The notes under the pieces are model-generated. The model was not told the DNA's origin. It made no database searches and saw nothing but the letters and a program-made list of their open reading frames with translations. From the NCBI RefSeq assembly GCF_006345805.1, contig NC_043001.1, forward strand, positions 11,842,001 through 11,906,000: a stretch of DNA of 64,000 bases, read 5' to 3'. This DNA is from Octopus sinensis (lineage: Eukaryota). Positions 51,211 to 64,000 of the stretch are shown piece after piece (the stretch's first letter is position 1; each line of letters begins with the position of its first letter). The translations under genes were made by a program, and so were the position numbers.

Positions 51211-52613
51211 ATAAAACGATTTCTGTTCAATCTGCGTTCAGCTCCATTTCTTCAATTCACCAATAATGTTTATATATATATATATATATATATGTGTGTA
51301 TGGGTGTGTGTGTGTGTGTGTGTGAATGCGTGTGTGTGTTTGTTCGAATAAAGTAATGGAGAAAATTAGATTTGAAGAATTCAAGAATAAGAAACACTAA
51401 TAACTGGAGCCGTGCTAGCAAAAGCTGTAAGATTGTGAAGGAATGCATTGAGAATATTTTGAATATATTTCGATCGAATAGATTCCCTGGATATTTTCAC
51501 GTATATCTTGCAGTATGTAATTTGGTTCGCTGCAGGATAAATTTTAATTTTAAAAGACAGTTTGAGGAGCAGAAATAACTAGAATGAAATATTATTACGT
51601 TCTTATATTCAACTTTAATAGATAACTCACCTTTTATTCCGAGAAAGAAAACGCAAATAAATCCCAATAACCTACTCTGGTAAATTCGAAAGAATGAAGA
51701 TGTATAGCATTTCTATAGAAATGTATGGAATCGTAGCAAGTACAATAGATCAGGGATTCCTAGCTTGACTTTTCCACATGTTCTTCCCATTCTCAATGTT
51801 AAAATTTCAAAACGTCTTTAACTCTTTTGGGTTGGATTATGATTGGTACTTTGTTTCCATCGAAACCCCCTATCGAGCACTATAGTATTTCTCTCATTTG
51901 TTCCATTCGCTACAAATACTCTATTTTTTTTATTCTTATTCTTCATAAAAAAATGTCTCATTGTGTTTAATTTTATTTATCAGGATTTAAAAATGAAGCA
52001 AACCACATTGAATGGGGGGGGGGTAAATATTAAACATTTGAATAATTTAACTTTCGTATGTCAAATGAACTTACAAACCCCCAAAGCCAACGAAATCGCT
52101 TTTACGTAGTGAATCAATATTCTAGAAATAACAAAGAAAGAGTTACGCCATCTTGCTTTTAAAATGGATTCCTTTTGTAATGTAGACCGAAATAACCAAC
52201 AAGAAAACCGTATACCCAAAATACTTTTAACGTAATCTTTGCCAATCGTAGCTTATCAAGGGCTATGGAACAACAAACTAAATGGCCTCAGTTATTTGAT
52301 ATACAGACTGGTACAGAGGGTTGTTCAGTATTTGAATGGTTTTGTTTTTTCCTTTACTTTGAGCAAGTACTTACGTATAATAATAGAACAATCATCCTCT
52401 GTTTACATCGACCTTCGATCACTGAAGCTTTGACTTACAAGAAATCTTTACTATTCTAGTCGTTTTTCAGGATTAAATTGAAACCACTTGTATAAAATAC
52501 AGTATCTGTCAATATAAAAAAAACAATAACATTAGATGATGATGATGATGATAATGATGATGATAATAAAAACAACAATAATAACAATAACAACAACAAC
52601 AACAACAACAATG

Positions 52614-52650
<37 letters not shown>

Positions 52651-52654
<4 letters not shown>

Positions 52655-53200
52655 AAAACGAGAAAGCAACCAGAGTATGGTTGCTTTCTCGTTTTCTGTG
52701 ACCTTTTCTGGTGTGTGCCTATACCATCTTTTTTCTGTTGTTATTCCATAAAGCTATGCCAACATTATGGAATAACAACAGAAAAAAGATGGTATAGGCA
52801 CACACCAGAAAAGGTCACAGAAAGCGAGAAAGCAACCATACTCTGGGATATGCCGATACACACAGATAGAGAAATTAAGGCCAACAGACCAGATATAGTT
52901 GTCAGAGATCATGAAGAAAAAAATGCTTTCTAATTGATGTATCAATACCGGCAGATGACAACGTGTCTCTAAAAGAAATGGAGAAACTCTCAAAATACAA
53001 AACCTGGAAATAGAGGTAACTAGAATGTGGAATCTGAAAACAGAAACAATTCCTATCATAGTAGGTGCATTAGGCATGATAAAAAGATATTCAGACAAAT
53101 ACATAACAAAAACACCAGGACTTACAAACACATATAACATACATAAAATTGCAGTACTAGGCACTGCACACATCCTACGCAGAACACTTTCCATACAATA
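52651..53200 (+). mobile_element. R4/Dong-like (RLE) non-LTR 3' fragment with an inverted 5' end
   Basis: ILWDMPIHTDREIKANRPDIVV..IDVSIP..EKLSKY..EIEVTRMW..IPIIVGALG..GTAHILRRTLS; flanked by (AAT)n. Confidence 0.85.
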
Positions 53201-53324
53201 ACCATCAGAGCATCACAAGAAATCACAGCACATACCCAAGGCACACAGAGCTGCGCTCGGTAGTGAAGTGAAAGCACGCTATAAAAAATAAAACTACTGA
53301 ATGATAATAATAATAATAATAACA

Positions 53325-53715
53325 ATAAAGATCTTGAAATAGAAATCAGCGAAATGTGGAACATGAACACTAAAGCAATACTTGTTGTCATAGCTACCCT
53401 GGGAATGATAGCAAAAGGGGCTGATTACTACCTAACTCAGATACCAGGAAACCCAAAAATGGCAGAAGTTCAAAAGTTAGTTCTCATGGGAACAGTTCAT
53501 ATCCTACGCAAAATACTTTCTATGTAATCTCAAGTTTTAAAACAAACATAATTTTCTTATGGTTTCTTAGACATTCTCTAGTACAACACAACGTACAAAA
53601 CCAAATATATGGCACACTAGGCATAACAACAACATGAACATCCAACCTGTTGTCTATTGAGGTCTCCGGGTGAGACTTGGAGCCAACTTGTACAGATATA
53701 AAGCAAAAGTCAAAC
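53325..53715 (+). mobile_element. R4/Dong-like 3' fragment, second subfamily
   Basis: KDLEIEISEMW..LGMIAKG..IPGNP..VQKLVLMGTVHILRKILS plus 3' UTR, then (AAT)n. Confidence 0.75.
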
Positions 53716-53809
53716 ATATAATAATAATAATAATAACAACAACAACAACAACAACAGCAATAACATTAATAATAATGATAATAATAATTGCGATCACAAT
53801 ATAGCGGCG

Positions 53810-54040
53810 AAATAATTTGACAAGATCAGTAAATATAAAAACTTTCTAATAGAAAGTGAGAAATTGTGGTATCTCAAGGCGACTACAGTACCAGTAATTG
53901 TAGGATGTCTTGGAATGATTAAAAAAAGGTACTGAAACTTATTTGAAAATGATACCTGGCTTACCATCCCTACAGGAAGTGCAAAAAGTCGTGTTAACGG
54001 GCACGGCTCATGTACCGAGAAGAGCATTATTGCTGTGAAA
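53810..54040 (+). mobile_element. R4/Dong-like 3' fragment, third subfamily
   Basis: KISKYKN..EKLW..TVPVIVGCLGMIKK..IPGLPSLQEVQKVVLTGTAHV. Confidence 0.75.
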
Positions 54041-54219
54041 ACAACATCCATTCCTGAATTTATTTATTTATTTATTTATTTATTAATAAATAAAATACAT
54101 ATTTTACCTGTGAATTAGCGTGTAATCTGGGAATGCATATAATGAGCTTCTCTGCCGTAGGTGTACTGAAAATACTCGGCGAGAAACGGAAGAAAATTTG
54201 AAGAAAGAAGGAAAATAAA

Positions 54220-54265
<46 letters not shown>

Positions 54266-54317
54266 TAATAATAATGATAATAATAATGATGATGATGATG
54301 ATGATGATGATGACGAC

Positions 54318-54359
<42 letters not shown>

Positions 54360-54369
54360 AAAAATAATT

Positions 54370-54820
54370 AAACAAACGTGTGCTTCCCAAGAGCAAGCAC
54401 TAAGGACAAACTACATAAAATACAGAATACACAACACATCAGAAAGTGAAAAGTGCAGAATCTGTGGACAAAATGGTGAAACTGTATGGCATATTACCAG
54501 CCAATGTACGGCCCTAGCCCAGAGGGACTATAAGGGACATCACGACAATATAGCCAGGCTTGACCACTGGACACTTTGCAACAAGTATGAACTGGACAGA
54601 GCAGAAAATAGTAAGCCAGACGTAGTCTTAATTGAAGAAGAAAACAAACTATGATGCATCATAGATATTGCATACCCAGCTGAGAACAATGTATGCGATA
54701 AGGAAGAAAGAAAAGTCGATAGATATGACAGGTTAGCTTGGGAATTTAAGCAGGTGTAGTCAATTAAAAAGGTAGCAGTAGTACCAATAATTGTCGGAGC
54801 CCTGGGAACATTGAGCAAAA
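54370..54820 (+). mobile_element. R4/Dong-like fragment with CCHC knuckle and RLE domain
   Basis: QEQALRTNY..CRICGQNGETVWHITSQC..HDNIARL..KPDVV..IIDIAYP..VVPIIVGALG. Confidence 0.85.
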
Positions 54821-54857
54821 AAAAACCAGTGAGCTCATTGTATTCTTTAATATGTAA

Positions 54858-55255
54858 TCTTTATATATAAAAGTAAGGTTGTGTGCTGTCTGTCTCCTAC
54901 AATTTAGATTCCTAACTACTCCCACATTTTGCGGTGCAGTTTAACCAAAACCGAGTATCTTATAGTCGTGATTCATATCGAGCACTTCTGGGTATTAGCA
55001 CGCGTCTATGATGAGCCTACGATTTAAAAAAAAAATTACCATCGATTTTTCCCATTTTTTATGCATTTTTGGCATATATAAGGGAAGTAATTCTCTAAAA
55101 ATTTATTATTAAATCTCAGAACGTAAAAAGCAACAGTAACACCCCCTCCCTTTGTGGTTAGCCATATTGAGATGGCTATTATACTTTACATCTCTAAAAA
55201 TGCTTATATAGTTATTTCCCTTACCAACCCGAGCAACGCCGGGCGATACTGCTAG
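54858..55255 (+). mobile_element. Non-autonomous Helitron (family 3)
   Basis: A|TCTTTATATATAAA start; cccgagcaacgccgggcgatactgCTAG|T end. Its 3' ~60 bp are shared with 6409-6780. Confidence 0.85.
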
Positions 55256-55769
55256 TATAATATATAGTTCGATACTACGAGCTCCAATGTGATGTATGAA
55301 AGAGGTATATACCCACTATTTGACATCAGACATTTTAAAGTGTCACTCATTCTCTCCTTATTCTATGTGCGTTTCTTTCTTCCGTTCTGTTATATATGCG
55401 AGCATAAACATCTATATACATTTCTATGTTTTGGAATAGGGTTAACTGAACTAGGTAAATCCTGTCCAATCTAGAAATTGCAATATCCACCTCTGTTTAT
55501 CTGTACTTGTCTGCCTGCAGGCGCGTGACTTTGAGTTTGCGTTCAAATGCAAAAATTATCGTCCCCAAAACATGTCAGTTATCCGCTCACTGTGGAAGAT
55601 TCGCAGCGCCACAAAGACTACGTCACTTTTGCGATCCTACTTATATTTGTTTCCTATAATACCCTGTGATAGAAACTGACATATTTTTACATATAAACTG
55701 CTGTGAGGATACATGAACATACCAACCTGAAATTTTTGGCCCCGTAGTAAATACATTTTGTTTTATATT

Positions 55770-56009
55770 CGTTTACTCTTTTATTCATTTCAGTCAATTG
55801 GCTGCGGCCATGCTGGAGCACCGCCTTTAGTCGAACAAATCGACCCCAGTACTTATTCTTCGTAAGCCTAATACTTATTCTATCGGTCACCTTTGCCGAA
55901 CCGCTAGGTTACGGGGACGTAAACACACCACCATCGGTTGTCAAGCGATGTTGGCGAGGACAAACACACATATATACATACATACATACATACATACACA
56001 CATACATAT

Positions 56010-56083
<74 letters not shown>

Positions 56084-56240
56084 CATACGACGGGCTTCTC
56101 ACAGATTCCGTCTACCAAATCCACTCACAAGGCATTGGTCGGCCTGAGGTTATAGTAGAAGACACTTGCTCACGGTACCACGCTATGGGACTGAACCCGG
56201 AATCATGTGTATGGTAAGCAAACTACAAAGCCACTCCTGA
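55770..56240 (-). mobile_element. SINE-B
   Basis: Matches the consensus. Confidence 0.85.
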
Positions 56241-56884
56241 GCCTATATCACATTTAAAAAAAAACATTTCAGTGTTGAGAACTTACTCAGGATATCTACT
56301 GTTTGGTAGTTAGCTTACATGTTTTGATGAAACGTACTCCTGGAAAAATGTTTCATTATTCAATTTATTTAATCAGATGTGTAATCAACCTACAAATGAG
56401 CAAAAGGTTCAAGTTTTAATCATAGCATTAATGAAGCTGTAAGATTTGTCGAATGATTTGCAGGAGGAAAAATAAACTAAAAGGCGCACATGGTCATTTG
56501 ATGTCCCACCTGAGCATCTGATTAGAATATGGCCGAATGCGTGTGTAAGAATAATTATCGCCTCAATTTGGTAAGCTCATTATTATCATGGTGTTTGTTT
56601 TGGAATAATGGTTAAAAAGCGAAAATCTCATTTGCACTAGAAAAATGACAGTTCTTTCTGCGGTTCTAATTGCTTTAATCACATTCCCTACAATATCAAG
56701 ATTAAATGTTTAATACGCGTTGATTCAAGATGTAAAACTTAACAGAATGCAAAATATTTGTAGTTTAATTTACGAAACATACCTAATATAATTCTTTCTA
56801 GCATAGGCAAAAGACCCGGATGTTATGGGGAGGGGAACAGTTCATCACATCAACCCCAGAACTCAGCTGATTCTTAATTTATCA

Positions 56885-57682
56885 GACGAAATACCTATTT
56901 CTATTTCTTTACTACCCACAAGGGGCTAAACACAGAGAGGACAAACAAGGACAGACAAACGGATTAAGTCAATTATATCGACTCCAGTGCATAACTGGTA
57001 CTTATTTAATCGACCCCGAAAGGATGAAAGGAAAAGTCGACCTCGGCGGAATATGAACTCGGAACGTAACGGCAGACGAAATACCTATATCTTTATTGCC
57101 AACAAAGGGCTAAACACAGGCAGAACAAACAAGGACAGACAAAAGGATTAAGTTGACTATATCGACTCCAGTGCGTAACTGGTACTTAATTTATCGACCC
57201 CGAAAGGATGAAAAGCAAAGTCGACCTCGGCGGTATTTGAACTCAGAACGTAACGGCAGACGAAATACCTATTTCTTTACTACCCACTAGGGGCTAAACA
57301 TAGAGTGGACAAACAAAGACAGACAAAGGAATTAAGTCGATTACATCGACCCAGTGTGTAACTGGTACTTATTCAAGCAACCCCGAAAGGATGAAAGGCA
57401 AAGTCGACCTCCGCGGAATTTGAACTCAGAACGTAACGGCAGACGAAATACCTATTTCTTTACTACCCACGAGGGGCTAAACATAGAGTGGAGAAACAAA
57501 GACAGACAAAGGAATTAAGTCGATTACATCGACCCAGTGTGTATTTATTACTTATTAAATCAACCCCGAAAGGATGAAAGGCAAAGTCGACCTCGGCGGA
57601 ACTTGAACTCAGAACGTAACGGCAGACAAAATACGGCTACGAATTTCGCCCAGCGTGCTAACGTTTCTGCCAGCTCGCCGCC
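56885..57682 (-). repeat. Tandem array of four SINE-A units (~183 bp period) with a single tRNA head
   Basis: The junction cagacgaaatacc|tatttcttt is repeated; the head cgtttctgccagctcgccgcc occurs only at 57660-57682. Confidence 0.9.
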
Positions 57683-58583
57683 ATGACATGCCAATTATAA
57701 TAAAAATAAATTGAGTGAATGGAAATCACTCATCGAAGAAATATTCTACATCGAAATTCGAAGATCTATCCCAATTTTCAATTATAAAAATTCACATTTA
57801 CTCGTGAATAACGAGTTGGAAATTATGGTTTTACTGGCTTTTTAAAGGCAATCTTTCACGAGGGCAAGCGCATTTAATGAAGCCATGGTTGTTGTTTGAG
57901 AATGGATGCAGAATAAATTGAAACTCTGTGAAAAAAAAGACAATCGGACTTCAAAGACAATGATTGCATTAGTAAAAATGATATACATTTCTTATGATAC
58001 CAACTGTTCAAAATATAATTACGGTTGAACATTGTTGAGGTTCATTAGAAAATATGGAAATTTAACACGTCTGATTGTGTACAGATATAGCTGCCGATTA
58101 TATAAGACAATAACCTCGGCCATTACAATGGCTGACTCGACAAAATTGTCACATCCTAAAATTGTTGAGAATTGTTGTGGATAATAAACTTTTCTCTAAT
58201 TGTTTTGCATCTCATTACTAATGCCACATCGGAACTTGGAATGAAGCTGTTAGTTCTGCTAGAACTGTCAATGGTACACAATGAACGAGAATGTAACAAA
58301 TTAACATCTCTGTTCGGTATCTCTAACGAGTGTATGGTTAGTTAGAGTATAGGTTGGCATTTTATCACGGAAAGAATGTCATTGACCTGTACATATCCTG
58401 CAATTATGGTCACTTCTCATTGCGAGTAATTAATGTTTTTTCACTGTTATTAATTATCTAAGTGATTTTATTGCTTATGATAACTGGTTCTGTACAGCAG
58501 GTTTTATTAAATAGTAATCCACCATCAACTACATGAGAAAAATACTTCAATCTTTCTATATTGCCTAGACAAATACATTTACT

Positions 58584-58968
58584 TCCGTATATTGCATAGT
58601 TGTCAATGTATGTCAGGTTTGGTAGGCTTCAACTAACACTATCTCCTCCGAGACTCTGCGTCCCAAGTTCACCAAAATTGAGAGTATGATAGACGAAGGC
58701 TTGCTCTTCCTTCCGTAGAAGAAAGAATTCAAATCGGACCATGTTAACACCAAAGTTTATTTACATCAAAAAGGTACTTTTTTTCTATGAAAATCCCAAT
58801 TTTTTACGATTTTTTTACTGCAGGGTCACCATTTTTCGGTGTATCTCAACCATAAAAATGTTCACTTAAAGAGAATAACAAGCTACATAATGCTCAATGT
58901 TTACTTTTCCAAAATTCCAATTCTAAAGGGTCGAAAAAAACCCGAGCAACGCAGGGCGATACTGCTAG
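58584..58968 (+). mobile_element. Non-autonomous Helitron (family 2), degenerate 5' end
   Basis: Body homologous to 16129-16521; CTAG|T end. Confidence 0.8.
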
Positions 58969-60959
58969 TATTACGATAAAAATCTAAAATGAAATGTAGA
59001 ATAGAAAGTGAAGCTTTGGCCTATGGTCTTCTCATATTATTTTTGTAGATGACGTCTACCCAAAAACCAAAAATGACCACTTCAACTGAATATCTTTTAT
59101 GTATATTATATTTTACTAGTCTTGCTTAATTGGAGTAGGGAATTTATTATGTAATGAATGATAATAATAATATAGGTGAAAGTTTAAAGAGTAATTGTTG
59201 AAAGTGTTTTTTTTTCTGTCGCACGTTCAAGCCATTCGATTTTTACATTTGTTTATTTCTAACACTTTGTTTAATTTGGTTTCGTTTTATTGATTCAGCT
59301 GCCAAATCACCTCTTTCTGTATGTATTCTAAAATCACATTATATCAAGTAGAAATAGTAACAATGAAAAACTAGACCGGTTACCGATTCGTTTACGAATG
59401 AAATCTATGAAGTAAAGCTACACGCGTATAAAATATTCCACTTATTATAAGACTTATATCGAATACAAATAATATAATAGATTGATATTCATGAATGTCT
59501 AGTGTCAAGTCACCTATACCACTCTCCAGCAACTGGCTTCATCTCCCTTTCTCTCTGTCTGTGTGTCTATCTCTCTCTCTTTCCGATTTTAATAATAACC
59601 CCTTCTCCTCAAAGCTGGTTCTTCTGTTATTTCTATTAGGCATTCTTGACTCAGACCATGAAATGAATACTGTACCTAGTCTTCTTCATATCATTATCTT
59701 CCGTATTTCTTCTGTATTTCTTCCAACTGGAATTCAAACACTTGATACATCGTTCCTGTTATCTCCTTCATATAACATCTTCAGAGGAACATTAGCGTAA
59801 ATAACTCCTCTTCGTACAGACTCCACTATTGGGCTTTATATTTATTTTGTCGAGGACTCTCACTCTTATTCCAATTGATATGATTTGATGCAGGATAAAT
59901 TAAAATTTCGCAAAGAGATCTGTGTATGCATTGAATCGAGTTAGATGTAATACAGATAAATATTTCATTAATTCTGGACGAATGAACATCAATTATACTC
60001 GCAGATATATTTATATTTACATTAATTATCATCCATAAATATTCGTAACAAATAATCCAAAGAGATTAAGGGAAATATCTGATTGCATAATAAAACCCAA
60101 CTCCTCGTATTCGTCTTCTCCTCTCCCTTCTTCCAACGGCCGCAACATTGATCCCTAGAGCAAAACAGCACCAGGAATTTCTATTCTCTCTGTTCAAATT
60201 GATGTTCTGTATGTCTGCCAATAACATTTTCATTTATTTTGCGGAAGAATCCAAAATAGAAATTCTGATAGGCCCTGCACAGTAGCAGGAACCAGCAAAG
60301 CATACTCTGTGTTTATTCACAAGTTTAGAGATTGGTGAGATGATGTCGATAATTCTCCTCTTTTGTCGGCTAAATTAAGAATCGTGATGTTAGGTACCAT
60401 CAGGGCATCCTTGCCTTTTCTTCATAGACGAAGAAGTTTTCAACTGCTAATGCCCCTCCTCCTCCTCCTCCTCCTACTACTACTACTACTGCTACTGCTG
60501 CTGCTGCCACCGCTGCTGCCACTGTTGTTGCTGCTGGTTTCAAATTCTGACACCTGGCCGGGAATTCGGGAAGGAAAACCATCCCCATTTCTCAAATTGT
60601 ATTTATTATATCGACTGCAAAAGAATAAATTCAAAGTCGACCTCGACAGTATTCGAACTAGAACGCAAAAACAATCGAATAGTCATTATTATTACAATTA
60701 TTAAAACTATTATTACTATACGAATCTGCTCGTAGATTACGTTGAGGAGGGACGTGTGTTCGTGATCTGTAAGCTTTTGGTCAATTTTTACAGATAATAT
60801 TGTTGTTTCTGAAAACGTTTTAGGATATTTCTGAGATTAGGCCGACTCGGTTCCTGTGGAGGTAAGCAGTTAGGCAGAACTTTACTCTTTTGGAGGCCCA
60901 AATTTCAATTTAAATTCTTCTTCTTTTCATTTTTCAATTTTAAAATTTGCAAAATGTCC

Positions 60960-63900
60960 TTGGAGAAGAGTGTCAGCTCTTCCTTTCTTTTTAACTTCCC
61001 CCTCTGCTGTCGGAAAACAGCTAAAACTGTTTTAAAATGAATTGTCTCCGCCCTCTCCGCGCATTAAAAGACGGAGAGAGAGAGAGAGAGACGACCAAAG
61101 CCTTCCTAGCACGTGCAATGCTGAGCAACAGAAGGAAAAACAAGAAACGAGAAGAAGAAGAAGAAGAAAAGAGCAAGGAAATTCAGCTAATGGACGCTGC
61201 TAACGTCGCAACACCTGTGAATCAAAGCCCCTCCCTCCCACTACCAAACCTAACGCTGAGACATTGAAATTCAACAAAAATAAAACAACTGAATGCATTA
61301 AACAGCTGAGGTTTTGCTTCAATGACAAAGCCTTGAAATGAACTCATTAATATTTCTGTAGAATCTCTCAAAGACTACAGAAACATGTTAAAAAGAAAAA
61401 GCGAAAGATGTGCTTTGATAAACACACCTCCAGATATTATAGACAATACGAACAAAAGTACCATCTCTATATATACAAAGCTGAAGTTGTCTGTGTATGG
61501 CAGGTGTTGTAGCCTTCAACTAACACTATTTCCTCCGAGACCCTGCGGCGCAAGTTGACCAAAATTGAGAGTATGACAGAAGAAGGTTTGCACTTCATTC
61601 TGTAAAAGAATAAATTCAAGTCGGACCATGTTAATACTAAAAATTTTTTACATCAAAAGGTGCTTTTTTCTCTTGAAAACCCCTATTTTGTACGATTTTT
61701 TGACTGCTGCGTCGCCATTTTTCTGTGTATTTCAACCATTAAAATGTTTACTTAAAGAGAACAACAAGCTACGTAATGCAACATGTTTACTTTTCAAAAA
61801 TTCCAATTATAAAAGGTCGAAACAAACCCGAACAACGCCGGTCGATACTGCTAGTAGTGTATAAAACTATATCTTTAAAAAATAGACGTTAAAAACCTGC
61901 CACAAAACAAGCTGGTGAAAAGTGCTTGCAACCTATTTGGAAAGACAACATATATGTCAAGGTGTAAGAAATTTAGCAAAATTGAAGTCAGATTTGCAAA
62001 GCAGCACTCAACAACCCAGCTGAGAAACAGTGAACTTGTCCTAGTTCCAACATACTTGGGACGGCGCGTCACCAGGATAAAAACACTGGAAATACCACCA
62101 GGAATGAATACTTGCTGGATTGTCGCCGCTGTGCTCCTCGACGTGGAAGATAAAATCAGAATTATCCAAGGCGAGAAACAAGTAAAACACAACTGAACTG
62201 GTCTAGAATTACAAATAATGACCCAAATAAACCAAGACATTTTGTATCAAATTCCTGACTAACTCAGCCTTGCAGATGGCATTATGCTGAACGTTACAGT
62301 TGAGGGCAGAAGGCCAAGATGTTATCAATACGGACAGAATAACCACCAGAAAGCCTTCTGCCCAGAAATTAAACAAAAGGAGGGCACTACCCTTTTGATA
62401 CAAGCACCACCCACACAACAACCGAAGTAACCCCAACTACAGAAGCAACCTCAACAACAAAAGCAACCCCAACATGAGAAGAAACCCCAAGAAGAGAAAC
62501 TAGAGAGGGCTCGAGCAAACACACCAATAACAACAACAACTATTACGCGAGAGATAACAACGCCCATAACAAAAGAGGGGCTGACCTCAACCATCAGCAC
62601 AGCGCCTACAAAAATACTATCACCGTAGCTCTTGCCAGGAGAACAAAAAACATTCGCAAATTTTGACCCACTAGAACTACCCCTTCCCGACTCTGACCAC
62701 TCAGACATGTTGTTCGGAGACCGACAGAATTGAGTGGACGGAAGTCACATCTAAAAGTCTAAGAATAGACACAACAGTGCTCCAACAAATAAGCAAGCTG
62801 TAGCCCCCACAAAACCATTCAAGATCATCCGAAAAGAACAACAGCAACAAGAACAACACACCAATACCCACGCTTCCAACACCTTCTGTATTTATTGACC
62901 CTCTTACTTTGGAAACTGGAGACATTGAGAGGCATCTCGCGTGAACTAGGATGGTGGTGAGTTGTGTCGGTATACGCAGACAACGTCCTCATCATAATGT
63001 CGGACGACAAGCGTATACATTTGGTCAGTACTACTGTGAAAGAATATGAGAAAGTAATGAGAGCAAAGATTAATCTGTAAAAATTAGTGGGCCTGCAGCT
63101 CGGCCCCTGGAGAAGCAGATCCATGCTGACTGACAGCGTTGGGCCCGTAAAATTGCTCGGGGTCTGTTTCGGACCGGAACTACAACTGGAGAAGAACTGG
63201 AGCGAGGTGACGAGCAGGGTAGCCAGCCTCACCTAGAAATAGGCTGAGAGGTAGCGATCCTTGAAAGGTGGGGCAGAGCTGGCGAACACATATGTAGCCT
63301 CAGTCATTTACCACCGCCTCACATTCGTGCCTTGCTCCAGTTCGTACCTGGTGAAGCTGGAGAGTTTGTTTTCCGACTTTTATGGAAGGGACGGATTCCG
63401 CTGCTCAGGCGCTATATTCGCTTTCAACACCTTATGAACGGTGGGCTGAGTATGCCGTAGCTGGTGACATGCAGTCATGCGCTGAGGCTGCGGCACATTC
63501 AAAATTTCCTCGACAACGGTAAGAAGGTGTGGTCACCATTTGTCATACTCCCTTTCCCACAGCTTGTCTCTTTCAATGAGCTGCAAATTGAATCAAGCTT
63601 AGACCGAGGCTAGGCGTCTGGCACCTTGAGTAACGCCATGTGTCCGACAAACCCATATATCAGATATGCTCGGGCACTGGACGAGTGCGTACAGAATGGT
63701 TTCGTTCCTCAGTCAGTCGGGCAATGCTGTTAGTGGAAGTTCTATTATGGCGTTGTATAGAGGATTATTGGTTATAGGAAATGACGACTTTCTTGGGGTC
63801 TCTAGGCGTCCATGAATTTCAACGTGCCAGATTGTTCCGGAGGACTTTCGGACCGGAACCTATGGATAACTTCCATAATCCCTGTCCTGGCAGTACTACA

Positions 63901-64000
63901 GAGGGTCTTTGCCTGTTGGCGATAAACTCTACAGGCATGGGAGTGCCTTCAGTCGCACCTGCCTGAGATGTGCGCAGAGCAACGAAACATTCTGTACGCA
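60960..64000 (+). mobile_element. Degenerate Tx1/L1-like LINE (ORF1 with knuckle, internally deleted ORF2), running off the window
   Basis: ORF1 MLKRKSE.., VTVEGRRPRCYQYGQNNHQKAFCP; ORF2 VSVYADN at 62964-62984, KINL, VKLLGVCFG, NW..V, GGLSMP. No APE domain seen. Confidence 0.8.
61464..61854 (+). mobile_element. Non-autonomous Helitron (family 2) inserted in the Tx1 ORF1
   Basis: A|TC..CTAG|T termini; removing it restores the reading frame NKST-IVYKTISLK. Confidence 0.88.

Larger units (their letters stand above)
50583..51271. repeat. Near-perfect ~690 bp palindrome (arms ~335 bp, 15-nt spacer 50917-50931)
   Basis: The arms are reverse complements, differing only by a few 1-2 nt indels. Confidence 0.95.

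Noticed and set aside
56885-57682. CRISPR-like regular repeats (also the 30-bp triplet at 46361)
   Set aside because: The units are contiguous SINE copies or a minisatellite, with no unique spacers and no cas genes; the context is eukaryotic.
59490-59900. Possible minus-strand LINE remnant
   Set aside because: Only vague resemblance; no diagnostic motif could be read.

Overview
Eukaryotic, AT-rich, repeat-dominated nuclear DNA, most likely from an octopod cephalopod. The taxon is inferred from a cytochrome b NUMT and from repeats resembling octopus tRNA-derived SINEs. There are no prokaryotic features, and nearly all ORF-track entries are microsatellite or SINE artefacts. Real coding remnants are: (1) a nearly complete Penelope-like element (RT + GIY-YIG, Hydra-clade-like) at 1.7-4.2 kb with an upstream hammerhead ribozyme; (2) an RTE fragment; (3) a cytb NUMT; (4) an internally deleted RepHel Helitron with both termini; (5) a Neptune-like Penelope endonuclease fragment; (6) four R4/Dong-like endonuclease fragments; (7) a Tx1-like LINE; (8) three phase-compatible candidate host exons at 32.7-34.5 kb. 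At least 30 SINE copies and six non-autonomous Helitrons fill the rest. The most notable signal is a set of small non-coding hammerhead-ribozyme cassettes from at least four unrelated families. These include a ~690 bp near-perfect palindrome carrying two outward-facing ribozymes, a ~544 nt retrozyme-like monomer, and a ribozyme linked to a tRNA-like Pol III promoter. Coordinates were read by eye, and SINE/LINE boundaries are approximate. Family names come from recalled motifs, not database searches.
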